From NCBI GenBank assembly GCA_018697035.1, contig JABHSE010000002.1:155160-219159 (forward strand): a stretch of 64,000 nucleotides of DNA, in the 5' to 3' direction. Below the pieces are notes generated by a model. The model did not search any database, was not told the origin of the DNA, and worked only from the letters and a program-made list of their open reading frames with translations. How positions within the stretch are numbered: position 1 is the stretch's first letter; the number at the start of each line of letters is the position of its first letter. The translations under genes were made by a program, and so were the position numbers. The stretch comes from an archaeon. Its GTDB lineage: Archaea > Nanobdellota > Nanobdellia > Pacearchaeales > GW2011-AR1. Of the stretch, positions 1 through 7,833 are shown one piece after another.

Positions 1-297
1 AACATGCTTCCGCACTCCCTGAAAATTACCAACCTTCTTCAACTCAAACTTAATCTCATCTCGCAGATCCAAAGTAGAAACAATCACTCCCGTAACCTTC
101 ACCGATCCACCAACCCTCTCCAAACATCGCCTAACCAAAAAATTCGCATACTCAGCTCCAGTCTTCACCGCCCAATTCTTCGCCTGCCGTTTCCCCTCAA
201 TCAAATATTTATTACGATAAACCCCTCGTCCAAATTTCAAAAAAGCAACATGCACACCCTCGTCAAAATCACCATCAAAGATTTTTTTTATAATCAT
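1..297 (-). CDS. hypothetical protein, N-terminal 99 codons (3' end lies beyond the left window edge)
   Basis: Not in the ORF track. The reverse complement from ATG at 297 reads MIIKKIFDGDFDEGVHVAFLKFGRGVYRNKYLIEGKRQAKNW... and stays open to position 1. The coding strand is G+T-rich like native minus-strand genes. The listed + ORF 4..306 is its antisense shadow. Confidence 0.5.
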   Translation of the reverse strand, partial: MIIKKIFDGDFDEGVHVAFLKFGRGVYRNKYLIEGKRQAKNWAVKTGAEYANFLVRRCLERVGGSVKVTGVIVSTLDLRDEIKFELKKVGNFQGVRKHV

Positions 298-365
298 CCC
301 ACCTAAAAAGAATTTCTCTTTATAAGTTTTCCCAAACTTTATAAGTCCGGCAATCATATAATAAT

Positions 366-1382
366 ATGGCAGAATCCGGAGGCATAAAAAGAGTAGTGGC
401 ATCAGTTCTAATCCTAGCAATTTTTGCACTAACCTTTCTAATCTTAAAACCAATTATCATGCCAATAATTTTCGGACTCCTCTTCGCATACATCTTCGGC
501 CCAATCTATAGGTTCCTCAATAAGATAGTCAAAAACCAAAACATCGCAGCGTTCATAATAATAGCCGGACTCATATTAATAGTTTTAATTCCAACAATAT
601 ATTTTGTACCAGCAATAGTCAGTCAGGCATTCGAGATATCAGTTATGATACAAAACCTAAATCTCACAGAAGTAGTTCAAATTTTCATAAAAGGTAACAT
701 AGCCTCTACTATAGCAATAAATCTAGATAACATCATCGGACAATTCTTCACAACATTCCTAGTCCAATTTAAGAACCTCCTACTAAATCTTCCATCTCTA
801 GCATTCCAATTCGCAGTATTCCTGTTCACATTCTATTTCGCAACACGAGATGCAGAAAATCTAGGGACCTATATAAGATCACTTTCACCATTTTCCAAAC
901 CAACAGAAACAAGACTATTACAAGAGTTCCGAGGAATAACAAACGCAATAGTATTCGGACAAGTTCTTATCGGAATAACACAAGGTCTAGCGTTAGGGGC
1001 AGGACTCTTTTTCTTGGGTGTACCAAACGCACTAGTTTTAACCTTTATGGCATCACTTTTATCAATAATTCCAATCCTAGGATCGTGGTTAATATGGCTT
1101 CCAACCTCGATATATCTTCTAGTATCAGGACAAACTTTCGCAGGAGTTTTCCTTCTTCTCTATGGAGCACTCTTCGTCTCATCAATAGACAATCTCCTAC
1201 GACCATATCTCCTCTCAAGAAGATCTACACTCCCAATCGCATTAAGTCTAATCGGAACAATCGGAGGATTCCTATTCTTCGGAATAGCCGGTCTCGTCCT
1301 AGGCCCACTAATTATCGCATATACACTAATCATAATAGAATTTTACCGACAAGGTAAACTAAAAGATTTATTCAATAAATAG
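366..1382 (+). CDS. AI-2E family (PerM/UPF0118) membrane transporter
   Basis: 338 aa polytopic membrane protein. The C-terminal half (GQVLIGITQGLALGAGLFFLGVPNALVLTFMASLLSIIPILGSWLIWLP) is typical of this family. Confidence 0.7.
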   Translation: MAESGGIKRVVASVLILAIFALTFLILKPIIMPIIFGLLFAYIFGPIYRFLNKIVKNQNIAAFIIIAGLILIVLIPTIYFVPAIVSQAFEISVMIQNLNLTEVVQIFIKGNIASTIAINLDNIIGQFFTTFLVQFKNLLLNLPSLAFQFAVFLFTFYFATRDAENLGTYIRSLSPFSKPTETRLLQEFRGITNAIVFGQVLIGITQGLALGAGLFFLGVPNALVLTFMASLLSIIPILGSWLIWLPTSIYLLVSGQTFAGVFLLLYGALFVSSIDNLLRPYLLSRRSTLPIALSLIGTIGGFLFFGIAGLVLGPLIIAYTLIIIEFYRQGKLKDLFNK

Positions 1383-1392
1383 GAAGGAAAAG

Positions 1393-2865
1393 GTGAAACT
1401 AAAAACAAAAAATTTCAATTGGCACGCAGGAAGGCCAGTTGTATTTCTAAACGAAGAAGTGGCAACAAAAATGAACGTCTTCGTAGACGATAGAGTAGCT
1501 ATAACAAACAGCAAAAAGATTTATGCGATAGTGGATATATTCTCCAAATTGGTAAAAAAAAATCAAATCGGAATTTCCCATGAGTTAAATAGAATACTCA
1601 AGCTCAAAAGCGGATCTATAGTAGAAGTCTCAGCTTCAGAAATATCCGATGCATCATTTTTAATCAAGAAAAAACTAAACGGAGGAACACTTTCTGAAAA
1701 AGATTTGAGTTTCATAGTATCAGAGATAGTTCATAATAATCTAACTGAGGCCGAAATCGCATTCTTTACATCGGCCCAAAAACTAAACGGAATGAAGTTT
1801 AAAGAAACAATCAATCTAACGAAAGCAATGGTAAAAACAGGAGCAAGGTTAAAATTTAAAGGTAAATATGTGGCGAATAAACATTGCATAGGAGGAGTTG
1901 CGGGAAATAGAACTACACCGATTGTAATAGCAATATGTGCAAGCCTCGGAATAAAACTTCCAAAAACATCATCACGAGCGATAACATCAGCCTCAGGAAC
2001 AGCTGATGTAATAGAGACAATAGCTAACGTAGAAATATCACTTAAAAAAATAGTCAAAATGATAGAAAAGCAAGGTGCCTGTTTGGCATGGGGTGGCTCT
2101 CTAGGGTTAGCTCCCTCCGATGACAAAATAATCCAAGTCGAACGACTCTTAAATCTAGATGTGGAGCCACAGCTCCTAGCATCAATTATGTCTAAAAAAA
2201 TAGCAACAGGCGCAAAATATATTCTAATCGATATCCCATATGGACACGGTGCAAAAGTAAAAGATTTAGCAAGTGCAAAACGCCTAGGAAGAAAATTTCA
2301 TAAAATAGCAAAGCATTTCAAACTCAAAATGAAAGTTATATACACCGACGGAACCCAACCAATAGGTGATGGATTTGGTCCAGTTTTAGAAATGTTAGAT
2401 ATAATAGAAGTCTTCAAAAATAATGGACCCCAAGACCTGAAAGAAAAATCAATATATCTAGCAACCGAACTCATAAAACTCTGCGGTATAAAGAATGCAA
2501 AAACTAAAGCAACTGAAAGTTTAGAATCAGGAAAGGCCTATGAGAAATTTAAAGAAATAATAAACGCACAAAATGGAAAAAAGAATTTTAATAATAAATT
2601 AAAAGAACTGAAATTAGCCAAATTCAAAAAAATAATCCCAGCTCAAAAATCTGGAAACATAACAACAATTGACAACAAGGGAATAAATTCATTATGTAGA
2701 ATTCTTGGGACTCCAGAGACAATCGCCGCGGGAGTTTACCTTCATAAACATCTAGAAAAAATCAAAAAGGGTGAACCCTTGATAACTCTCTATTCAGAAT
2801 CCAGAACAAAAATGAAAGACGCCATAAAATTTCTAGAAGAGTTTAAACCAATACAAATCAAATAA
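1393..2865 (+). CDS. deoA: AMP phosphorylase (thymidine phosphorylase family, archaeal DeoA type)
   Basis: 490 aa with a GTG start. It has the N-terminal extra domain (MKLKTKNFNWHAGRPVVFLNEEVA...) followed by a glycosyltransferase family 3 core (HCIGGVAGNRTT, SSRAITSASGTADV, WGGSLGLAPSDD). Confidence 0.8.
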   Translation: MKLKTKNFNWHAGRPVVFLNEEVATKMNVFVDDRVAITNSKKIYAIVDIFSKLVKKNQIGISHELNRILKLKSGSIVEVSASEISDASFLIKKKLNGGTLSEKDLSFIVSEIVHNNLTEAEIAFFTSAQKLNGMKFKETINLTKAMVKTGARLKFKGKYVANKHCIGGVAGNRTTPIVIAICASLGIKLPKTSSRAITSASGTADVIETIANVEISLKKIVKMIEKQGACLAWGGSLGLAPSDDKIIQVERLLNLDVEPQLLASIMSKKIATGAKYILIDIPYGHGAKVKDLASAKRLGRKFHKIAKHFKLKMKVIYTDGTQPIGDGFGPVLEMLDIIEVFKNNGPQDLKEKSIYLATELIKLCGIKNAKTKATESLESGKAYEKFKEIINAQNGKKNFNNKLKELKLAKFKKIIPAQKSGNITTIDNKGINSLCRILGTPETIAAGVYLHKHLEKIKKGEPLITLYSESRTKMKDAIKFLEEFKPIQIK

Positions 2866-3180
2866 TCATTGATTATATGTTTTGTAAATAAAAGGATTAT
2901 AAGCTATCTCAATTAATCCATTGATATCCCCATTAATACAACTAGCAATTTCCTCGAGTTCAACCTGGCTATCCGAACCAAACGATAAAGGTAAAAGATA
3001 ACCATCACAATTATACGACGTTTCAAAATCGGACACCCTTTCCCTATCAGGAACATTACCACACATCACCTCATAAAATTTCTTAGCATAATCAACACTC
3101 TCAAATTTTAACTCAATATTCAAAACAAAAGCGTTCTCAAGAGAAATCTTGCCATGTTTATAAGAGTTAAACATAATCAA
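2866..3180 (-). CDS. hypothetical protein
   Basis: 104 aa ORF abutting the deoA stop. Low-GC, T-rich on the plus strand, which is compositionally atypical. No motif recognised. Confidence 0.45.
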   Translation of the reverse strand: MIMFNSYKHGKISLENAFVLNIELKFESVDYAKKFYEVMCGNVPDRERVSDFETSYNCDGYLLPLSFGSDSQVELEEIASCINGDINGLIEIAYNPFIYKTYNQ

Positions 3181-3219
3181 AAGATAACAACATATACTAT
3201 AAATACTTTTATATAAAAA

Positions 3220-3834
3220 TTAAAGAACAACAGCCTTTAAAATCACAACATCTTCAACTGGCTTATCACGAGCGCCAACAGCAACTCCAGCAATCTTATC
3301 CACAACATCCATGCCCTCGACAACCTCACCAAACACCGGATGCTTACTACTCAACGGCTGCTTATCATAATCCAAATTACTATTGTCAACCAAGTTAATA
3401 AAAAACTGACTCGACCCCGTATTCGGTCCAGCATTAGCCATAGAGATAGTCCCACGAACGTTACTATGTCCAGCAACAAACTCATCTGCAATCTTAGGAA
3501 TCTTTGGGTCTCCCATTCCAGTACCAGTAGGGTCCCCGCCCTGAATCATAAAACCATTAATAATCCTATGAAAAATAACACCATCGTAAGTCCCAGCCTC
3601 AGTAAGCCCCTTAAAATTCCCAGCAGTCACAGGCATATCCCCATATAACTCAATCACAATATCCCCATGATTCGTCTCAAGTTTTACTTTTACATTTCCC
3701 ATATTTTCATCAATATTACTAAACGCGACTACCACAAGCCACGTAAACAAAACAACCAAACCCACACTTAAAAAGATTGCCACATCTTTTCTTTTCAACA
3801 ATTTTTTTACACCCTTCATCACGAGCAATAACAT
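3220..3834 (-). CDS. cyclophilin-type peptidyl-prolyl cis-trans isomerase with N-terminal membrane anchor
   Basis: HGDIVIELYGDMPVTAGNFKGL, FHRIINGFMIQGGDPTGTG and SMANAGPNTGSSQFFI are cyclophilin signatures. The N-terminal hydrophobic helix is VAIFLSVGLVVLFTWLVVVAF. Confidence 0.85.
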   Translation of the reverse strand: MLLLVMKGVKKLLKRKDVAIFLSVGLVVLFTWLVVVAFSNIDENMGNVKVKLETNHGDIVIELYGDMPVTAGNFKGLTEAGTYDGVIFHRIINGFMIQGGDPTGTGMGDPKIPKIADEFVAGHSNVRGTISMANAGPNTGSSQFFINLVDNSNLDYDKQPLSSKHPVFGEVVEGMDVVDKIAGVAVGARDKPVEDVVILKAVVL

Positions 3835-3897
3835 CTACTCTTTATAAAATTAATCCATCAAACAAATTTAAAAACCTCTACCTCAATTCATTATTAG

Positions 3898-3974
3898 GCC
3901 CACATCGCATACCATCGCTTCAAAGAAGCTCGGACACGAAAACTTAAAAGTTTTCTACGCAATGATGGACTAAA
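3898..3974 (+). other. tRNA-Ser 5'-end duplication followed by a structured spacer
   Basis: GCCCACATCGC (3898-3908) is identical to the first 11 nt of the tRNA at 3975. The spacer has hairpins GCTTC-AAA-GAAGC (3917-3929) and GAAAAC-TTAAAA-GTTTTC (3938-3955), enclosed by CCATC (3912-3916) / GATGG (3964-3968). TTAAAAG may also be the tRNA TATA box. Confidence 0.4.
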
Positions 3975-4055
3975 GCCCACATCGCGTAATGGTATCGCAC
4001 TGGTCTTGAACACCAGACCCTTCGGGGTATCCCCGTTCGATTCGGGGTGTGGGCG
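3975..4055 (+). tRNA. tRNA-Ser (anticodon UGA)
   Basis: Hand-folded. Acceptor GCCCACA/TGTGGGC, anticodon stem CTGGT/ACCAG with loop CTTGAAC, long variable arm (CCC-TTCG-GGG), T arm CCCCG-TTCGATT-CGGGG, discriminator G. No encoded CCA. Confidence 0.8.
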
Positions 4056-4070
4056 TCCTAAAAAGGAAAA

Positions 4071-4151
4071 GCCTGTATCGCGTAATGGTATCGCACGCGG
4101 CTCGAACCCGCGGTCTTTCGAGACATCCCCGTTCGATTCGGGGTACAGGCG
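4071..4151 (+). tRNA. tRNA-Ser (anticodon CGA)
   Basis: Acceptor GCCTGTA/TACAGGC, anticodon stem CGCGG/CCGCG with loop CTCGAAC, long variable arm (GTCT-TTCG-AGAC). The D and T arms are identical to the neighbouring tRNA-Ser. No CCA. Confidence 0.8.
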
Positions 4152-4153
4152 TT

Positions 4154-4687
4154 ATGAGCGAAATTCATCATAAGATAGTTAGAGAAATAATAGAAGAGTA
4201 TCAAGTCAAAAAAGATGTTATAGGGATAGTCGTTTTTGGGAGCGTAGCCTCTGGAAGAGAAAGACCGGATTCTGATGTAGATATCGAGATTATTTATAAT
4301 TCAAAGAAAAAATGGGAACTACTTGACAAAACCAGGTATGGAATAAAAATAGATTTTGAAGAAGCTGGAATCGAAGAGTGGGAAAAGATGACAGAGAAAT
4401 ATCCATATCTATATTATTTTGAACATGACAAAATTGTTTACGATTCCACAGGGCTATTAAAAAAAGTTTTTGACAAACTGAAAAAATATTATAAAAATAA
4501 TGAAAAAGTCCAGGAGTTTTGGAGAAAAGAATGGAAAGAAGCAAAAAAATTAAAAGAGTCCGGAAAAAAGAAAGAAGTAATTCATTTCGCAGACATCTGC
4601 GACAAAGCAGAAATAAAATTTTCATCACATAAAAAAGTTAAAAGAAAAATCATGACAAAAGAATGGTTTAACAAGCATTCAAAATAA
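4154..4687 (+). CDS. nucleotidyltransferase-domain protein (MNT/KNTase-like)
   Basis: ATG at 4154 lies 3 nt after the tRNA. GIVVFGSVASGRERPDSDVDIEI is the minimal NTase G-S...D-x-D motif. Coding strand has G>C, atypical for a plus-strand gene here. The track ORF start 4049 overlaps the tRNA and is rejected. Confidence 0.7.
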   Translation: MSEIHHKIVREIIEEYQVKKDVIGIVVFGSVASGRERPDSDVDIEIIYNSKKKWELLDKTRYGIKIDFEEAGIEEWEKMTEKYPYLYYFEHDKIVYDSTGLLKKVFDKLKKYYKNNEKVQEFWRKEWKEAKKLKESGKKKEVIHFADICDKAEIKFSSHKKVKRKIMTKEWFNKHSK

Positions 4688-4699
4688 TAATCAATCGCA

Positions 4700-4766
4700 C
4701 AACTAAAACGACCCCATCATCCTTTCCGAAGAACAAGTCCAACTAAACAGACCCCATCCTTCGAAT
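4700..4766. repeat. imperfect direct repeat x2 in the 3' region of the P1 gene
   Basis: CAACTAAAACGACCCCATCATCCTTTCCGAA (4700-4730) versus CAACTAAACAGACCCCATCCTTCGAA (4740-4766). Confidence 0.5.
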
Positions 4767-4820
4767 CCAACAGCCAAGCCATTCCGACCTCGCCATCTCA
4801 AAATCTAACCTAAATTAAAT

Positions 4821-5114
4821 CTATCCGAACAACGAAGCCAAACCAGCAGCCGATTCGACCTTAGGTTCTTCCTTCTTCTCTTCTTCTTTCGGTGCATCAC
4901 CAGCAGGTGCAGCGCCACCAGCAGCCGGAGCCGCAGCAACACTAGCATTCGCCAACTTATCAGCAATATCTACGCCAGACAAACTAGCAACCATTACCTT
5001 AACCTTAGCTTCATCTACAGAAGCGCCAGTAGCAGCAACAACAGCTTTCAGATTGTCTTCGTTGATGTCCTTACCAACTTTGTGCAACAAAAGAGCAGCA
5101 TATGTGTATTCCAT
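4821..5114 (-). CDS. rpl12: 50S ribosomal stalk protein P1 (L12)
   Basis: [26 protein letters not shown]..., an Ala/Gly hinge, and an acidic tail ending GLASLFG. Confidence 0.9.
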   Translation of the reverse strand: MEYTYAALLLHKVGKDINEDNLKAVVAATGASVDEAKVKVMVASLSGVDIADKLANASVAAAPAAGGAAPAGDAPKEEEKKEEPKVESAAGLASLFG

Positions 5115-5120
5115 TTTGTA

Positions 5121-5339
5121 TTATTTTCTACAAACCTTATTTTGCAATTTAGTTTGTTGAATTTGATAAGGAAAATGCTTTAGGTCATCATCCGTCATAA
5201 CAATAGCTCCAGGAGAAGATCTTGGCTTATCTGTATTGTAGCCAGGAATTCGGTCAAGGTAACTTCCTGTAGTATAAGTTTTATCTTCTGGAATATCTAA
5301 GCAATGAGATGCTCCAGATAAATTTATTGAAGAATTCAT
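5121..5339 (-). CDS. small hypothetical protein inserted between the P0 and P1 genes
   Basis: 72 aa. Its ATG directly abuts the P0 stop codon, and its stop lies 6 nt before the P1 ATG. T-rich, low-GC plus strand unlike the flanking r-protein genes. Confidence 0.4.
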   Translation of the reverse strand: MNSSINLSGASHCLDIPEDKTYTTGSYLDRIPGYNTDKPRSSPGAIVMTDDDLKHFPYQIQQTKLQNKVCRK

Positions 5340-6224
5340 CTATCCGAACAACGAAGCCATTCCAGCGCTCGCATCAACTGGCTTCTCCTCCTTTACTTCT
5401 TCTTTCTTTTCTTCCTCTGCAGGTGCTTCCTCAGCAACAGCTTCAGGCTCAGGTTCTCCAGTAATAACTCGAGTCAAAATTCCCTCTTCAGCATTAGCCT
5501 TCCCAATTATAGTATCAAGTGTTTCCGCATTAACAATCCCCAAATCAATAGCAAAAGCAAATGCCCTACCACAATCATACTCCAAATCTGCAACAGCCCC
5601 ATCAACATCAATCACAATGTCAGCGTAAACCTTACCATCCATAAAAGCAGCAACAGGATCAATCCCAACTTCAAACGGAATAATATCAAGCTTAGCCATA
5701 ATACTCGCAACAGCCTCAGTAACTTCCTTACCTTCCTTCAAAATAACCTTATCCTTCATAACTGCAATCTTCCCATTCTCAACCTTAGGAGCAAGCCCAA
5801 CAGCACTCAAAGCAGAAATGTCAGGACCAGGGACAAGCTCAGTAGGCCCAGCTTTAACTTCAATATCAAAAGGAGCAATCATCCCAGCCTTAGCCTTAGC
5901 CGGCGATTTCTCATTAGCCAAAATCCCACTAATAACAAAAGCATCTTCGTCCGAAAAAAGCATAGCAGTCGAATCCTCAACATAAGGAATCAAATCATTC
6001 AAAGCCTCAACCTTATTCTCATTCAAAGCAAAATTAATCAAACTCTTCTTAATAACCTGCACCTTAGCCTTACTCCTAAGCTTCTTCTTAATATCCTGAA
6101 ACTGCGCCGACGGCAAACCCTTGACCGAAATAACCATAACAGTTTTCTTTTTAAACAATTCAGCGAGCTCCTTAACTTTCGCTTTTTTCACATCACTAAC
6201 ATGTGTCTCTTGCATTGTGTTCAT
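5340..6224 (-). CDS. rpl10: 50S ribosomal stalk protein P0 (L10)
   Basis: 294 aa. The N-terminal L10 domain (KKAKVKELAELFKKKTVMVISVKGLPSAQFQDIKKKLR) and an acidic tail ending GMASLFG match the P1 tail. Confidence 0.9.
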   Translation of the reverse strand: MNTMQETHVSDVKKAKVKELAELFKKKTVMVISVKGLPSAQFQDIKKKLRSKAKVQVIKKSLINFALNENKVEALNDLIPYVEDSTAMLFSDEDAFVISGILANEKSPAKAKAGMIAPFDIEVKAGPTELVPGPDISALSAVGLAPKVENGKIAVMKDKVILKEGKEVTEAVASIMAKLDIIPFEVGIDPVAAFMDGKVYADIVIDVDGAVADLEYDCGRAFAFAIDLGIVNAETLDTIIGKANAEEGILTRVITGEPEPEAVAEEAPAEEEKKEEVKEEKPVDASAGMASLFG

Positions 6225-6406
6225 TTTATCATTTTCTCCAATTTTTTTGCCTCAGATTCCCTTAGACTAATAGCATTAATACGATTACATTCATGTTCCC
6301 CATTAGAATATAAAGCAATAACCTTTCCTTCCTCCAACCTATACAATCTCTTACAATTGTCTATAACACAGTCACTAAAACTAGGGCAAACATTGTACCC
6401 CTTCAT
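6221..6406 (-). CDS. small Cys-containing hypothetical protein inserted between the L1 and P0 genes
   Basis: 61 aa with ATGA overlaps at both ends (L1 stop/ORF start, ORF stop/P0 start). Contains CPSFSDCVIDNC...HEC. Compositionally atypical. Confidence 0.4.
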   Translation of the reverse strand: MKGYNVCPSFSDCVIDNCKRLYRLEEGKVIALYSNGEHECNRINAISLRESEAKKLEKMIK

Positions 6407-7026
6407 CGTCTCTCCAAAACAACAACCGGCTTAGTCATCGTAAATTTAACCAAAACATCCTTAACATTATCATTACCTCTCGGCAACTTCTTAGTCAACT
6501 CAACCACAGCAGCATCAATATTCTCAACCAAATCTTTATCCGACATACTCTCCTTTCCAACTCGAACCTTAATCGACATCTCCTTATTTTTAACCCTAAT
6601 CGCCTTCTTCATTTTATCAATCATAGCCTCAATCATAACATCATCCTCCTTAGGAACAATCCCAGCTAACGGAGACGGCATCTTGTTAATCGGACCGAAC
6701 ACACGACCAAACTTAGTAGCAACTTTACCCATCATCGGCGCAACGGCCAAAAACGCATCGTACTTCTTTGCCAAATTCTTAATATCCTTAGTATCCTTAT
6801 ACTTAACAAAATCCTCCTCGGTAATCGTATTAATCAAATCAGTCCTCTTACTAAAAAAAGCAGCAAGTTTCTTCTCCATCCCATGCGGCACAAAAACAAA
6901 AGTATTCAAAGCCTCACGACGAACATCAAAATTCTTCAAATTCACAATCAAGTCAACCGACTGATCAAACTTTCTCTTCTTCTCATTTCGAAGTTCCGCA
7001 ATTGCTTTTATTGTTTCCATGTCCAT
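6403..7026 (-). CDS. rpl1: 50S ribosomal protein L1
   Basis: 207 aa. KRKFDQSVDLIVNLKNFD and FDAFLAVAPMMGKVATKFGRVFGP are typical of L1. Confidence 0.9.
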   Translation of the reverse strand: MDMETIKAIAELRNEKKRKFDQSVDLIVNLKNFDVRREALNTFVFVPHGMEKKLAAFFSKRTDLINTITEEDFVKYKDTKDIKNLAKKYDAFLAVAPMMGKVATKFGRVFGPINKMPSPLAGIVPKEDDVMIEAMIDKMKKAIRVKNKEMSIKVRVGKESMSDKDLVENIDAAVVELTKKLPRGNDNVKDVLVKFTMTKPVVVLERR

Positions 7027-7168
7027 TAAACTGTTAGAATTTTTTCGGATTACTCCTTCTACTAACAGTAGTAATAACTAATCAAAATTTTACTTTATAA
7101 AAGTTACCATTACCAATTTCTAACCCAATCACAACAATCCTTAAATAACAAATCTTCTAAATAATAAA

Positions 7169-7522
7169 ATGGAACTAATAGCACTCTTATCAACCGGAAA
7201 GGGAACATGGGGACAAATCGCAGGTCTAATCCAAAAAGGCGAATGGGAAAAAGTAATAGTTGTCGGCCCACCTTTCGCAAAAGATTTCACAGTTAGTGGA
7301 GAACCCTTCGACTTCATAGAATTCGACCCCAATAAAAATTTAGTCCAACTAAAAAAAGAATTTACTTCTAAACTAAAAGGCAAGTTCAATGGACTAGAGG
7401 TAGCACTCTCAATCGCATCAGGAAACGGTAAAGAACACATGGCCCTCCAATCCGCTCTTCTAAATCTCCCAGTTGGCGTCCGATTCACAGCCCTAACAAA
7501 AGACGGCGTGATAATGTTATAA
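7169..7522 (+). CDS. hypothetical protein
   Basis: 117 aa (MELIALLSTGKGTWGQIAGLIQKG...). The opposite-strand ORF 7141..7488 looks like a shadow. No family recognised. Confidence 0.5.
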   Translation: MELIALLSTGKGTWGQIAGLIQKGEWEKVIVVGPPFAKDFTVSGEPFDFIEFDPNKNLVQLKKEFTSKLKGKFNGLEVALSIASGNGKEHMALQSALLNLPVGVRFTALTKDGVIML

Positions 7523-7524
7523 AA

Positions 7525-7833
7525 ATGGACATGCGAGAAGAGTGGAAGAGCATTGTAGAAGAATATCCTCCATTAGATTTTTGTAAGGAAAATTGTAAAG
7601 GTTCAGAATATACCGGTTTGATAGAACTTGAAGCTCCTGGTATAAATCTAGGTGGAAACGAGCACGCAGCAGGAAATTATTATTGGCAAATGTCTTTAGC
7701 AAGAAGAGCTCATTGTACTGAGTGCGAAGAAGCTATGATCTGGAAGTTAGGAGAAACAAAAAAAAATCTAATAAAAATAGCCAAAGAAGCAATAATAGAT
7801 TCAAAATTAAAAAATTTAATCAAAAAAATTTAA
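7525..7833 (+). CDS. hypothetical Cys-containing protein
   Basis: 102 aa. G>C on a plus-strand gene, which is atypical composition. Overlaps the 3' end of taw1 by 14 nt. Confidence 0.4.
   Translation: MDMREEWKSIVEEYPPLDFCKENCKGSEYTGLIELEAPGINLGGNEHAAGNYYWQMSLARRAHCTECEEAMIWKLGETKKNLIKIAKEAIIDSKLKNLIKKI

Noticed and set aside
3898-3974. A third, split or intron-containing tRNA upstream of tRNA-Ser
   Set aside because: I could not fold a cloverleaf. There is no D/T arm and no complementary 3' acceptor strand. Only the first 11 nt match.
4049-4153. N-terminal extension of the nucleotidyltransferase ORF (GTG start at 4049)
   Set aside because: It overlaps the 3' end of tRNA-Ser(UGA) and all of tRNA-Ser(CGA). 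The NTase domain begins right after ATG 4154.
3975-4687. Integrated element at the tRNA-Ser pair (foreign NTase gene immediately downstream)
   Set aside because: There is no integrase or recombinase and no 3'-end tRNA duplication downstream. Only a single atypical gene is present, so evidence is insufficient.
5121-5339. Intein or homing-endonuclease remnant in the ribosomal operon
   Set aside because: It is a free-standing ORF between genes, not in-frame within a host protein. No LAGLIDADG, HNH or splicing-block motifs are visible.
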